Assembly: GCA_040007715.1 (NCBI GenBank)
Contig: JBDTUN010000921.1
Span: forward strand, 4,761 to 68,760
Source: Acidobacteriota bacterium
GTDB taxonomy: Bacteria; Acidobacteriota; Blastocatellia; RBC074
Direction: 5' to 3'
Length of the DNA: 64,000 bases
The notes under the pieces are model-generated. The model saw only the letters and a list, made by a program, of their open reading frames with translations, had not been told where the DNA came from and searched no databases. The first letter of the stretch is position 1. The number at the start of each line of letters is the position of its first letter. Below are positions 9,337-19,656 of the stretch, one piece after another. Both the position numbers and the translations under genes were made by a program.

Positions 9337-12132
9337 CTAGACCAGCCACGACTCATCAATGGTAACGAGACCCGCGCCGGTGAGTCCTGACGGGTAATGC
9401 TCGGCGAGCCAGGCGATCACCCGCACAAGCGGCCAGCCGGGCTGGAGCGCCTGCACGCGGGCGCGGGCGTTGCGCTCGTCGGGATTGGTGGTAAATGTCC
9501 ACAACTCGACTGGCGACAGATCGCACTGGATCGTCTGCACAACCTTGTCTTCACCAGAACCGAGCACGAGCAGGAACTGGGCGTGCGAGCCGGCGACATT
9601 ATTAATGACGCTGACGGCGGCGGCGGCCTGCGGGGCGAGGCCGGAGTCTTCCGCAAGCTTCGTGTAGTCGCCAACCTGCTTGCCAATGAATTTGACGACG
9701 GCGGTCTTCGCGATGTCGGGCAGGTGCGACAAATCCTCGTAGGCCTGGGTGGCGAGAATGGTGACGACGTTCTCTTTGCCGCCGGTGCGCGCGCCACGCC
9801 GGATCACGTCAAGGATTCGCGGGTATTTGTCCCGAATCTTCCAGACCTCATCAAAGACCAGAAGCGTTGGTGATCGCGTGCCGTCAGCATTCAACCTGCC
9901 GATGGCGCGCAGCACGCGGGCAGCGGCGCGGTAGGCGAGCGATTCACGCACACGTTCAGGGAAGGCTTCCAAGCTGTCGAGTTCGTAAACATCAAGAGAT
10001 GAATTGCCCGTGAAGTCGGGATGCGTTGGGGCGTCGAGAAAGCTGTGGCCGACGAACTGTCCGAGCGCCAGCTTGAGCGCCTCGGCGCGCTCGGCGGCGG
10101 CTCCTTTGAATGGCCAGGTGCTTAGATAATCAACCAGGTGCGAAAGAAGTGGCTCGTGTTTGGGCAGCCCTGGGCGGTTGCGCGGAACTTCGTTCCGGTA
10201 GACTTCACCCACCAACGTAGTTAACACGTCTTCCGCAAGCGTATCGTGCGCCGGGACGCGTGCGAGTTGCATCAGGTCACCGACGACGAAGGCAATCTGC
10301 ACTTCGTCGGGCAGTTCACCGCTCTCCAAACCTTCGTAATCCCACACGTTAATCGTTCGGTCGCTGCCAGCTTCAAAGCGAAGATGCCGTCCGTGGAGCA
10401 CATCCACAAGCGGCCCAAACGACTCGCCGAAATCCACCGCACGCACGCAGGAGTGCGCTTTGGTGGCGAGCACGTCGTTGATAACCCGCCCAATCAAAAC
10501 GCTCTTGCCGCCGCGCGGAGCAGCAAGCGCAAGCGCAAGCGGAGAACTGACGAGTTGCCGGTCAAAGAGGTCAAGGCCGATGAGCTTGCCGGTTGGTAAC
10601 GAAAACAGCGTGTGCGGTCGCGGCGCGCCTTTCCATTCTGATTCGGTGGGGATAAGCGGAGCGAGCGATGAGGCGGTTTCAGTGATCTCACGGGCGGTTG
10701 ATCTGGCGTCGGCTTCGCCGACGAGCGCCTTTGGATAAAGCACACTGAGCGCGGAAGGTTCTTCGCGCTCAGCATCAGCGCCATTGATCTTCCTCACCTC
10801 AGCGACGACCTGCTCACAGTAGCGGTCAAGATTCTTGAGCGATTGCGACAGTTCCGCGCGGGTGCGGGCAGGTTCACCATAAACGACGACGTAGAATCGT
10901 ACCTGAGCGAGAGCTTCACGCCCGCCAGCAAGGTCCTGCCGGATCGCGCTCAAATCCTGCAACGCAACGGCTGCTTCCGGCGTGAGCCGCTGCCTGCCCG
11001 TAAGACTTTGCGCCGAGCGTCCGACCTGGCGGATGCGGCGGTCGAGCCGCTTGATACCTTTATTCTGATCCGGGTAGATAAATTCGCTGACGACTGTGTG
11101 TCGGAAATTGAGCGCCGCGTTGACCGAGAGCAGGCGCAAAGCGTCTGCGGTGACGAACGGCTGCGGCGGGGTGAAGAGCGAGACGATGGCTGCGGGGTGA
11201 GCGCCGTGCATCACGTAATGGCCGGAAGCTTCAATGGTTTCGCCGCAGAGATACTCACGCACGTCAGCGCCATCGCGGGGCAGGGAGGGGAAGCTCGTTG
11301 CATTCTGCCGGTGTCCCAGGTAGACGGCAGCCCATAATTCATCTTGTGTGAAGCGCGTAAACTCAAGCGCGCTTTCGCGCTCAATCAGCCGGAACGCCTT
11401 TTCAGCCTGAAGGAGCGCCGCCTCTTCTTCGTCGAGTGTGCGCCGCACGATTGTCTGTGCGGAGGAAGCTTTCCAACCGGCCGCGAGCGCCTGCGGGAAG
11501 CCGGCCACGCCGCGACCACTCAACTCGCGTTTGACGGTCGGCAGGAATTGATCTTCAGAGCGGCGCTGCCCCTGATTGGGCACACGCACCCAGCAGGTGA
11601 GCGCGTTGCGGCGAAAGCCGCCTCCTGCCGCCAGCGCCGCATAAGTTTTCAGTCCGCCGTCGTGCAGCAGCGCGGCGAGTTGATGAACGCTAGTGTAGTC
11701 GCGCGCCCGCGCGTGACGCAGGAGCGCTTCGCCCGGATCAATATCCGTAGCGAGCCGGAACTGGATCACCGTGCCAACAGGCTTGCGCGCCGCGAGCAGG
11801 CGGGCGAGCGCGTTACAACGATTCTCAAGCACGAGATCGTCGCCGAAGATCGAAGGCTCCATCTCGACGTGGTAGGCGCGCGTGAAAGACCCATCAGCGT
11901 GCCTGAGTGCGTCACCATAAAGGCCGATGATCGAACTCTCGCGCGGGTGTCCGAGAGGTTTGATCGCGGCGGCGTTATTGGATGTATGTCCAGAGAGGCT
12001 GCCCGTCGCGCGCAACGCCACCAGTTCGCCTTTGGCACGTAGCCAAACGGGCGCAAGTTTGAAAGCCATCCCAGCGCCCATTCCAAGCGCGGCGGCGGCG
12101 CTCGCGGTAATCGCAATCGCATTTCCATCCAT
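9337..12132 (-). CDS. virB4: VirB4/TrbE/CagE-family T4SS ATPase
   Basis: ~930 aa with Walker A LAAPRGGKSVL and Walker B LLVFDEVWK. Start taken at the second ATG (MDGN), which has AAGGAG 5 nt upstream. Confidence 0.85.
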   Translation of the reverse strand: MDGNAIAITASAAAALGMGAGMAFKLAPVWLRAKGELVALRATGSLSGHTSNNAAAIKPLGHPRESSIIGLYGDALRHADGSFTRAYHVEMEPSIFGDDLVLENRCNALARLLAARKPVGTVIQFRLATDIDPGEALLRHARARDYTSVHQLAALLHDGGLKTYAALAAGGGFRRNALTCWVRVPNQGQRRSEDQFLPTVKRELSGRGVAGFPQALAAGWKASSAQTIVRRTLDEEEAALLQAEKAFRLIERESALEFTRFTQDELWAAVYLGHRQNATSFPSLPRDGADVREYLCGETIEASGHYVMHGAHPAAIVSLFTPPQPFVTADALRLLSVNAALNFRHTVVSEFIYPDQNKGIKRLDRRIRQVGRSAQSLTGRQRLTPEAAVALQDLSAIRQDLAGGREALAQVRFYVVVYGEPARTRAELSQSLKNLDRYCEQVVAEVRKINGADAEREEPSALSVLYPKALVGEADARSTAREITETASSLAPLIPTESEWKGAPRPHTLFSLPTGKLIGLDLFDRQLVSSPLALALAAPRGGKSVLIGRVINDVLATKAHSCVRAVDFGESFGPLVDVLHGRHLRFEAGSDRTINVWDYEGLESGELPDEVQIAFVVGDLMQLARVPAHDTLAEDVLTTLVGEVYRNEVPRNRPGLPKHEPLLSHLVDYLSTWPFKGAAAERAEALKLALGQFVGHSFLDAPTHPDFTGNSSLDVYELDSLEAFPERVRESLAYRAAARVLRAIGRLNADGTRSPTLLVFDEVWKIRDKYPRILDVIRRGARTGGKENVVTILATQAYEDLSHLPDIAKTAVVKFIGKQVGDYTKLAEDSGLAPQAAAAVSVINNVAGSHAQFLLVLGSGEDKVVQTIQCDLSPVELWTFTTNPDERNARARVQALQPGWPLVRVIAWLAEHYPSGLTGAGLVTIDESWLV

Positions 12133-12189
12133 TTTTACTCCTTTCAATTGATCGTTAAGTTTGGGAAAGGTTAGCAGGTAACGCGGCGG

Positions 12190-12540
12190 CTACTCATCCT
12201 CAATGAAGCTGCGCGGCGCGAATTCGCCAGGCAAGAGGTGACGGATGATTTTGCCCTGCAATCGCGCCTGAATTGAGTGCTTCAACCAGCCAGGACGGCT
12301 CTGCTTGCGGATGACGTTCAGCGCCAGGATCGAGAGTCCCATTGTTGCAACCCAGCCGACGAGTTCCGCCGGGATGCGGTAAAAGCTCCAGCCCATCACG
12401 AAGGGCAGGGCGTAGCCCGCGACGCTGGCGAGAATGACGAATCCCCAATCTTCGTCGGTAATGCCGAAGCGCAGCACAGGCAGGTAGATTTGCGAACGAA
12501 TAGGACGCTGTTGCATGGCGTAATGAAGCTCAGTTGCCAA
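12190..12540 (-). CDS. VirB3/TrbD-like small membrane protein
   Basis: 116 aa with two hydrophobic helices, located immediately downstream of the pilin gene and upstream of virB4 (canonical B2-B3-B4 order). Confidence 0.45.
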   Translation of the reverse strand: MATELHYAMQQRPIRSQIYLPVLRFGITDEDWGFVILASVAGYALPFVMGWSFYRIPAELVGWVATMGLSILALNVIRKQSRPGWLKHSIQARLQGKIIRHLLPGEFAPRSFIEDE

Positions 12541-13021
12541 AGCCGGTGTCGAAGTTGACGGCGTTGCCCTGCGAGATCGAGTAGACGAGTGCGACGATTC
12601 CGCCGAAGGCGAAACAGCCGATGGCGGCGATGATCTGTTTGCCGGCAGGTTTCTCGGTGCCGTAATTCACCACGCCCCAGCCAACGAAGACCACGCCCAT
12701 GATAAAGAGCAGGTTGCGCCCCCACTTGATTGCCTCGCGGATGGCGTTGCCGACCTGTTGGTCGCTGCCGAAGATATTGCCGCCCGGCGTTTGCGCGAGC
12801 GCCTGTCCTGTTGGCAGCAGACATAACAGACAGGCGAGTGCGAGTGTGGCAAACGGTTCTACCGCAACTGACAATTGTGCGATGTTGATTAAGCGGACTC
12901 CGAAGCGAGCGGCTTTGGATTGTGCAAGCAGTTCGTCTTCAGGCTCGACCAAGCTCATTGCCGAGCTTGCGTCCCAGCCTTTGATCTTTTGCCTTGTGAT
13001 GTTTCGGATAGATGACTTCAT
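12530..13021 (-). CDS. VirB2/TrbC-like pilin precursor
   Basis: Long leader ending in an AxA-Q signal-peptidase-like site (ALAQT), then two hydrophobic segments (LLFIMGVVFVGWGVV, IIAAIGCFAFGGIVALVY). Position upstream of virB3. Confidence 0.5.
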   Translation of the reverse strand: MKSSIRNITRQKIKGWDASSAMSLVEPEDELLAQSKAARFGVRLINIAQLSVAVEPFATLALACLLCLLPTGQALAQTPGGNIFGSDQQVGNAIREAIKWGRNLLFIMGVVFVGWGVVNYGTEKPAGKQIIAAIGCFAFGGIVALVYSISQGNAVNFDTGFGN

Positions 13022-13261
13022 TTCTTAGCTCCTGTTTGACGTTGATCGTCCAGCAGTCCACCAGAATGCCGGCAGACTTGTGAGTCCCGCGAAGGCTGCG
13101 AACAGCGGCCACGCGAGAGGAAAGGTGTGTCAGCGTGTGGCTTGGCAAAATCCGAGCCACAAACGAAGGCACTGTTGTTGCCAGTGTGACAAACGCAAAA
13201 CGCCGGTGGCGCGATGTGTTGTCACGTCGCGAGCTATCAACTCACAGACAACGGAGTAAGA

Positions 13262-13984
13262 ATGAAGTCAAAGCTGACCTGCTGCCTCCTGCTGTTTCTC
13301 TTCTGCACCAATGCAACTGCGAAAGCACAGGGGGCGGGGAAGGGAAGGGAAGTGGCCGAACGAACGAGAAGGTACGAGCCTTACCTGGCCGAGTCCGCCA
13401 CGAAACATGGTGTCGACGCGCGGCTGCTCTGGGTAATCGCCTGGCTGGAGACGCGCTTCAACCCTGCGGCTGTGAGCCGCAAAGGCGCGCGGGGCCTGAT
13501 GCAGATGATGCCCTCGACGGCGCGGCGATTTGATTTGAAGAACCCACACGAGCCTGCCGCCGCGATTGATGCCGCTGCGAGATACGTTCGGCTGCTGACG
13601 ACACGTTACGGCGGGCGGACAGATTTGGTGCTGGCGGCCTATAACGCAGGCGAAGCTGCGGTTGACGCTTATCTGACGGGGCGGACGATTCAAGCAGGAA
13701 ATAAGGTAATCAATCCGGGGCGACTAATCACCGGCGGAATCCCGCCCTACCGCGAAACGCGGGAGTACGTGGCGAACGGCCTCCGGCTACTTGATGGCTC
13801 TCTCTTGTCTTTCTCTTCAGTCATTCCACGTAAGCACCGTCCTGCGGGAGACAGCGCAGGCCAGTCCGACCGCGAAAAGGAAACCGGGCGAGCTTCAGTA
13901 CGCAGCAGCGTTTCTTATGCTGTGGCGCCAGAGCAGAACGAGGCTGCCTCTTCATCAAAGGTGCGTCGTTCAATCTCCTGGTAA
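13262..13984 (+). CDS. Lytic transglycosylase (SLT domain), VirB1-like
   Basis: Signal peptide, then the SLT motifs WLETRFNPAAVSRKGARGLMQMMPSTA and AAYNAGEAAVD. Start taken at MKSKL (13262). Confidence 0.85.
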   Translation: MKSKLTCCLLLFLFCTNATAKAQGAGKGREVAERTRRYEPYLAESATKHGVDARLLWVIAWLETRFNPAAVSRKGARGLMQMMPSTARRFDLKNPHEPAAAIDAAARYVRLLTTRYGGRTDLVLAAYNAGEAAVDAYLTGRTIQAGNKVINPGRLITGGIPPYRETREYVANGLRLLDGSLLSFSSVIPRKHRPAGDSAGQSDREKETGRASVRSSVSYAVAPEQNEAASSSKVRRSISW

Positions 13985-14413
13985 GGGCGTTTGACTCTTC
14001 GTTCTTCTTTCATCCCACCGTCGGATTACGTTGAGAGGCCAAATGCCACAGTTGAATTACGGTGAGTGAATGGCAGGTCATCATCCTTTTGATTCTCGGC
14101 GTGACTTCTCAACCCGAAGGCTATGGCCGCTGATTCGATTTCACCGTAATCCAACGGTGAAGTCTAAAAGCAGCGGCGTTGGATTACTGCCCGCAACTGA
14201 TCAGCAGCGTATGCGTCGTAGCGCAAAGACCGCCAAAGATGCCGCCAGCCTTTATTCATAGCTCATCCTCTGAGAGTTCCTGCATTCATACGTCTGTCTC
14301 CCCGTTCTCTCTTGCGTGGCACTACAGTTGATAAGGTCAAATTGCCCGGCGCGCAAAAGAATAGATGCTCCCCCGCCGCGCCGGGCGCGAAGTTAAATTG
14401 AAGGAGACCGAGC

Positions 14414-15151
14414 ATGAGTGCGAGAGAAGAGTTGATCTATCCAGCGGCAAGCACGGAGAGTTTTCCTGAAAGAACAAGCACACGCGATGCAGCAGAAGCC
14501 CGGTCGCCAAACCTGGTCGTTTACCGCGACCCCGACGACGTCCGCACCATCTTTCAGTTGCTCTCGTCGCTAATTGTCATCCTCGCACTCTTCTGCCTGA
14601 GTGCCTTCGGCAACGCCGTGCAGTACTGGCGGCGGCCGGATCGCATCGTTGTGGACAAATCAAACGGGCGCGTGCTGATGATCAACGACCGCCAGTATGG
14701 CGAGACTGACTCGGTTAAGCTCATGTCTGACCGCCCGATGGAGAACGACAAGAAGTACCTCGTCGGCGAGTACGTGCGCGCTCTCTACGCGATTAACCCG
14801 GCGACGCGCGCCGGCGACATCAAAGCGGCGCTCGAAATGATGGTGCCAAACTCAGCCACAAAGTTTGCGACTTACTTGAAAGAACAACATGTCCTGGAGC
14901 AGCAGCGCGCCGAAAGCTGGCAGGCTGTTTGGTCACCACAGGACATGACGATTGACCGGGTTGACCCTTACACCGTGCGAGTGCTCGGCAAGCAAGAGGT
15001 CACGAAAGTCGTCAATAACCAAGTGATGCAAGAAACCAAGCAGTTGCAGTTGACGGTCAAGCTCGTGGCCGATCCGGCAGGTCGCACTGACCAGAACAAG
15101 CGCATGGGCTTTCTGGTCGCGGCGATTGATTACAAGGAGATTGGCTCCTGA
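14414..15151 (+). CDS. VirB8/TrbF-like protein
   Basis: Bitopic layout: ~45-aa cytoplasmic N-terminus, one TM (LLSSLIVILALFCLSAFG), then a ~190-aa periplasmic domain. Placed before VirB9/VirB10 homologues. Confidence 0.4.
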   Translation: MSAREELIYPAASTESFPERTSTRDAAEARSPNLVVYRDPDDVRTIFQLLSSLIVILALFCLSAFGNAVQYWRRPDRIVVDKSNGRVLMINDRQYGETDSVKLMSDRPMENDKKYLVGEYVRALYAINPATRAGDIKAALEMMVPNSATKFATYLKEQHVLEQQRAESWQAVWSPQDMTIDRVDPYTVRVLGKQEVTKVVNNQVMQETKQLQLTVKLVADPAGRTDQNKRMGFLVAAIDYKEIGS

Positions 15152-15189
15152 GTTGTAAGGCCTGTTATCAAGATTGAGAAAGGAACGTA

Positions 15190-16425
15190 ATGAAGCAGAA
15201 GATCATAACCATCATCGCCCTGTCGCTCGGACTGTCGCTGCTTGCCGGTTCGCCCAGTCTGGTGGAAGCGAAGCAGAAGAAGAACTGCCGCAGACAAGCA
15301 AAACCGGCAGTGGTCACAAAACCAGCGCTCGCCGTCATCAACAATCCGACGCTGGCTTTTCAATCGGGCGAGGTAAATGTCGCCGTGCGCGGCGACGAGA
15401 ATCCGATCATCCGCCTGCAAATGATGGCGAGCGGACAGGCGCTGGTCGAGTTCCCAGCGAAGGATCGCATCTTCAAGGTGAATCCGGCTGACCCTGACCT
15501 GGTGACCATCGAAGACTCGCCAACAAAGGAGTATGACCGCTATATCCTGCTGCGTTCGAGCAAACAGTTTTTGCCCCCTGCCCCCGGCCCACAAAGCGCG
15601 TCGCCGGCGACTTCAATGCTGGTGCAGATGTCTTCAGGGATGGTGATCACGTTGCTCGTCTACCCGGTGCGCGATTTGGCGCAGGTAGTGCATCGCTGCG
15701 TGGTGAGGTACGACCGCGACGCGATTGTGGGCGCGCGCCAAGCCGCCGGACTGGCCGTCAACCTTGACCATCACGATCCGGCCCCCCAGAAAAATGTTAT
15801 CACTTCCTTCCAGTACACCCCCCCGCTGAAACTGAATCTCGCATCCTCAACTCCCCAACAATCATTAGGTGAGAATGCCGTATTCCCACTGCCAGAACTT
15901 GCGATGAAGCGAATAGATGAGGGAGAAAACGGAAAGACCAAAGCGCCGCCGCCAACGTCTGCCGCTCCGCAAGCCCGCGCGACCGAAATCAAAGTCAAGA
16001 AAGAGGCCAAAGAGCGCACAGGGCCGTGGGATGGATGGGATAGCGGGAAGCTGCGCTGGAGCAAGCCACTGCACGGACTAAAAGCGGCGGCGCAGACGCG
16101 CGCGCTGAGCGCCGCCGAGCGCCAGGTTCTTGTCACGGTACGCAACGATTTATCAACTCCACTCAAAATCGCCCCCGGTCAGCCGGAACTGACAGTGCAG
16201 ACGCTTGATGATAAAGGGCGCATGCTGCAAGTCGAGCCGGTCAAAATTTCCAAGGTCGAGTTGGATCAGCCTGACGGCTTAATCGCGCCGGGAGAAAAGC
16301 GGCGCTACCTTATCTCCTACGAAGCTCCAGTGCTGGGGGCGAAGCAGAGGCTTTGTGTGTCGGTGTCGCAAAGCAACGCCGCTGACGAGCCGGTTGTGGT
16401 CGAACTTACGACGGGGACAAGATAG
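15190..16425 (+). CDS. VirB9/TrbG-like protein
   Basis: Signal peptide (IIALSLGLSLLAGSPSLVEA), a beta-rich N-domain and a Pro/Ala-rich linker. Synteny between VirB8-like and VirB10-like genes. I did not confirm a family-specific motif. Confidence 0.4.
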   Translation: MKQKIITIIALSLGLSLLAGSPSLVEAKQKKNCRRQAKPAVVTKPALAVINNPTLAFQSGEVNVAVRGDENPIIRLQMMASGQALVEFPAKDRIFKVNPADPDLVTIEDSPTKEYDRYILLRSSKQFLPPAPGPQSASPATSMLVQMSSGMVITLLVYPVRDLAQVVHRCVVRYDRDAIVGARQAAGLAVNLDHHDPAPQKNVITSFQYTPPLKLNLASSTPQQSLGENAVFPLPELAMKRIDEGENGKTKAPPPTSAAPQARATEIKVKKEAKERTGPWDGWDSGKLRWSKPLHGLKAAAQTRALSAAERQVLVTVRNDLSTPLKIAPGQPELTVQTLDDKGRMLQVEPVKISKVELDQPDGLIAPGEKRRYLISYEAPVLGAKQRLCVSVSQSNAADEPVVVELTTGTR

Positions 16426-16435
16426 AGGGGGCACG

Positions 16436-17920
16436 ATGCAGAAAATACTTGATGAAGCTGAAGAGAAAGAACTGAGCCTGAAAGACGTGACCGAGGAAGG
16501 AACCCTGCCCGGCGAAAAGGCCAAGCGGAGCGGGGCAAAGAAAAAGTTCCTGATGGTTGCGGCGCTCTGTGCTCTGCTTGTTATCACGGCAGTCGGCGCA
16601 TACTTCCTGCTTGGCGGGAAGCATGTTCAGGTCAAAGCGGGCCGGAAGGTAACCGAGAGAATAACGAATGGAGCGGATCTGCAGAGGGCGGCCTACGACT
16701 CTCTGCGTGGTTCGCTCAGCGGGCTGGCGGCCGAGGCGACATCCGCCAGCCCAGCCATTAATGTTGGATCGGGACAACCCGCGATCATCGCCATGCCCGG
16801 CGTATCACCGTCCCCTTCACCCATCGCAGCTAGCAGTGGGGTTCCGAAAGCTTCCACGCCTGCGCAGTCGGGCATTGCGCTGACGCTTGCCCCTCCGGTT
16901 GAGGCTGCGACGCCGAAGCTATCTGAACGCAGCCGACAACAGGGCGAGGCGAACACGGAAACATCCACGCCTGAGAGAAAGACCGGCAATGCGGCTGCGC
17001 CTTCGGCATCTGGCGCAAGGCCGAATGTCGGGGCGTCAATTACTTTCGCGTCCCCGCGTGACGACAAATCGGCGAAAACAAAAGAAGAGGCAAAGACCAA
17101 CCCTGCTGAATCGGCCAAGTCACTGCTTGCCGGTGAACCCCTGCATAAACTTGATGCAAACCAACCGGCTTTGAAGAGAGCGCAAAGGTCATCCGATCAA
17201 GGATCGGGGCCGAGCTTCGGCGCCATGCTTCCCGTTCGCTCAATGGGCGTGCTTTACACGCTGCGTCCGGGCAATCTTGCGCGGTTCGAGCTGGCGCGAG
17301 ACATCCGGGCAGGGAATTGGGCGCTCAAGCGCGGAACGGTCTTCGTCGGTTCGGTGCTCGGCTCGGACGTGGATCGCGCTTATGTGCAGATCAAAGGATT
17401 CATTGATCCTGAAACGAGCAGCTTCACGCGGCTGGAAGGAGAAACCTTGGGGAGCGACGGCGGCGCGGGCTTGCGCGGAAAACGGCGGCGCGTCTCATCG
17501 GTCTGGGTTAAGGTGTTGGATCGAGCCGCGCAGTCGGGAACGCAAATACTGACAGGCGTGCTGGGGAGGCGCGACTCTTCAGTCATCGTCGCGACTGATC
17601 CATACGGAACCTACCGTTCGGGCGCTGGCTACGATCAATCTCAATTGCAAAACAATCGCACTTTCGTCGAGGTGGCAGCCGGAACGGTCGGGTTCGTATT
17701 GGTGACAACCTTACCTGAGCCGAGCAAGCCCGACGCGCATCTGGTCGGCGCGAGTATGCAAGACGAGCTTTCATCGGGTGCGGTGCCGGACGTCGAGTTG
17801 GCTGAGTTATTGGTTGAGGCAGACCCGGAAAGAATTCGTGAAGCATTGCCGCGCATGAATCCCGAACTACGCCGCGTCGCCGAAGGAGTCCTTGCGGAGA
17901 TCGAGGCGAAGAAGAAGTAA
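16436..17920 (+). CDS. VirB10/TrbI-like protein
   Basis: Cytoplasmic N-terminus, single TM (FLMVAALCALLVITAVGAYFLL), a long Pro/Ala/Ser-rich region and a conserved-looking C-terminal barrel-like domain (RAGNWALKRGTVFVGSVLG...). Start at MQKILDE (16436). Confidence 0.55.
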   Translation: MQKILDEAEEKELSLKDVTEEGTLPGEKAKRSGAKKKFLMVAALCALLVITAVGAYFLLGGKHVQVKAGRKVTERITNGADLQRAAYDSLRGSLSGLAAEATSASPAINVGSGQPAIIAMPGVSPSPSPIAASSGVPKASTPAQSGIALTLAPPVEAATPKLSERSRQQGEANTETSTPERKTGNAAAPSASGARPNVGASITFASPRDDKSAKTKEEAKTNPAESAKSLLAGEPLHKLDANQPALKRAQRSSDQGSGPSFGAMLPVRSMGVLYTLRPGNLARFELARDIRAGNWALKRGTVFVGSVLGSDVDRAYVQIKGFIDPETSSFTRLEGETLGSDGGAGLRGKRRRVSSVWVKVLDRAAQSGTQILTGVLGRRDSSVIVATDPYGTYRSGAGYDQSQLQNNRTFVEVAAGTVGFVLVTTLPEPSKPDAHLVGASMQDELSSGAVPDVELAELLVEADPERIREALPRMNPELRRVAEGVLAEIEAKKK

Positions 17921-17930
17921 CGGAAAGCCG

Positions 17931-18935
17931 ATGCAGCCAAACGACTCGCATCGCGCGGTCATCAACCCTCGCGCATTATTGATGGAAAGCGGAGAAGAGG
18001 TTCTGGCCGATTTGCTGCGCGGCACGGGCTACGTGATCCAACCCGGCATGCTGCGCGACTTGGCGCATGTGCTGCGTAGCTGCCTGCCGTGGCTGATTGA
18101 GGGGCCGCGCGGAGGAGGGAAGACGGCGCTCGCCGAAGCATTGGCGCAAGGCTGTAACCTGCCGGTCTATTACCTGCAAGGGATGGAAGGCCTCACGCTC
18201 GCCGACGTGCTCTACGACTGGGACCACGAAGGGCAGACGCAGTGGGTGCGGCAGGCGGTGGCCACGGGCGGGAGTTTTGAAGAGGGCAGGGCAGGGCAGT
18301 GGACGCGCGAGTTTCTCAAACTCGGCGAGGCGCTCGCTGCTTATGAGCGAGCCGCGCAGGATGAAGTCGTGCCGATTCTGATTTGCGACGAGTTCGACAA
18401 GGTCAGCGAGAAACTGGAAGACATGCTGTTGCAACTCTTTGCGCGCGGCTACGCGCATGTGCCGCGCTACGGCGAGATCGGCGTGCGGGATCAGGCGCGC
18501 TGGCCGGTCGTGATCCTGCTCTCGAACGACCAGCGCCATGACCTCTCGGCGCCGATGCGCTCACGCTGTCTCTACAGTTGGCTTCCGCCGCCGCTGCCGC
18601 GCGAAGAGGTGCGAATTCTGAAGGCGCGCTGCCCGATGGCGTCGCGACCATTGCTCATCAAGTTGGTGAAGCTGATCAACGGAATTCGTGGCTTGCCTGG
18701 CATCGTTGACAAGCCGGGATTGCGCGAATCTATTGCCTTGCTGCGCGCGCTCATCGCCGAAGGCCGCGCAGACCTGAGCCCGGAATGCCTTGAGCGGCAT
18801 CTTTGTTTTCTCGCCAAGCGTCATCTCGATCTGGAGAACTTGCGCAAATCTCTCGCCCGCGTCGAGATGATTATGGAGTCACCTGATTCCACCATCGAGG
18901 CCTGGGTTGAAGAACTTGAGGAGGCGATAGTATGA
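17931..18935 (+). CDS. MoxR-family AAA+ ATPase
   Basis: Walker A GPRGGGKT, Walker B ILICDEFDK, sensor regions LLSNDQRHDLSAPMRSRC and a C-terminal ...YP..EE..IL-like PLPREEVRIL. Layout and spacing are typical of MoxR/RavA. Start ATG at 17931. Confidence 0.75.
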   Translation: MQPNDSHRAVINPRALLMESGEEVLADLLRGTGYVIQPGMLRDLAHVLRSCLPWLIEGPRGGGKTALAEALAQGCNLPVYYLQGMEGLTLADVLYDWDHEGQTQWVRQAVATGGSFEEGRAGQWTREFLKLGEALAAYERAAQDEVVPILICDEFDKVSEKLEDMLLQLFARGYAHVPRYGEIGVRDQARWPVVILLSNDQRHDLSAPMRSRCLYSWLPPPLPREEVRILKARCPMASRPLLIKLVKLINGIRGLPGIVDKPGLRESIALLRALIAEGRADLSPECLERHLCFLAKRHLDLENLRKSLARVEMIMESPDSTIEAWVEELEEAIV

Positions 18936-19651
18936 GCGTGGCAAAACAACGATGGCAACCGTCGCCGCCCCTGGTGGTGAGCGTGACGGCAGTGGGTGTT
19001 CTTGCGCTCTTCCTCGCGCTAAACTGGATTGCCGTGCGTCGTGGGCGCGTCAACGCACACGTCGAAATTGCCGATCCGGTGATTGAAAACATCGTTGCTC
19101 GGACAACGCTAGGTGTGCCAGCAAAGGATTTGCCGGACGGTGAGGTTGAACGCACCGCCGCGCGTGTTCGTGACGCGTCAGCGCTGACGATGGGGCTAAC
19201 TCTGTTCGCAGTGAATGAAGGTTTGAATCGCCGCGCCATCACGAACGTCGGGACTTTGGTTGGCCGTTTCGCCGCGCGCAGCCTGTTGCCGCCCGGAGTT
19301 AGGCAAAACACTGCGCCAGGAGTGCTCGAATCCGAGCGCGCGATGATCTACGTGCGTTACCGCCCCGAGCCGCTCGCCATCGAAATTCTCTCTGTGGGCC
19401 GCGAGCGATTAGATGGCCCCGCGCTCATCGGGCGCATCGCCGCTGGTGGCGATGAAGATGCGGGCGCATCACTCTTCATCGCGCGTGGGCTGGGCGACGT
19501 TCTATTGCCAGACCCCTTCACTCCAGCGGCGCGGATGACAGCGCTGAACTGGAGCCTTGAGCCGCTACGCGATCGCGCCTTCACGCCGCAGGAGATGGAA
19601 CAAATTAATGGCTGGTTGCAGGCACAACGCGGCGGGCTGGGTTCACCCTGA
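18932..19651 (+). CDS. Hypothetical membrane-anchored protein, translationally coupled (ATGA overlap) to the MoxR ATPase
   Basis: N-terminal TM (VVSVTAVGVLALFLALNWIAV) and a 4-nt overlap with the upstream stop. No recognisable VWA motif. Confidence 0.4.
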   Translation: MSVAKQRWQPSPPLVVSVTAVGVLALFLALNWIAVRRGRVNAHVEIADPVIENIVARTTLGVPAKDLPDGEVERTAARVRDASALTMGLTLFAVNEGLNRRAITNVGTLVGRFAARSLLPPGVRQNTAPGVLESERAMIYVRYRPEPLAIEILSVGRERLDGPALIGRIAAGGDEDAGASLFIARGLGDVLLPDPFTPAARMTALNWSLEPLRDRAFTPQEMEQINGWLQAQRGGLGSP

Positions 19652-19656
19652 GACGT

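Noticed and set aside
17931-18935. Calling this gene VirB11/TrbB because of its position after VirB10
   Set aside because: Walker A is GPRGGGKT with the MoxR-type sensor layout, not the GxTGSGKTT hexameric traffic-ATPase signature. Annotated as MoxR-like instead.
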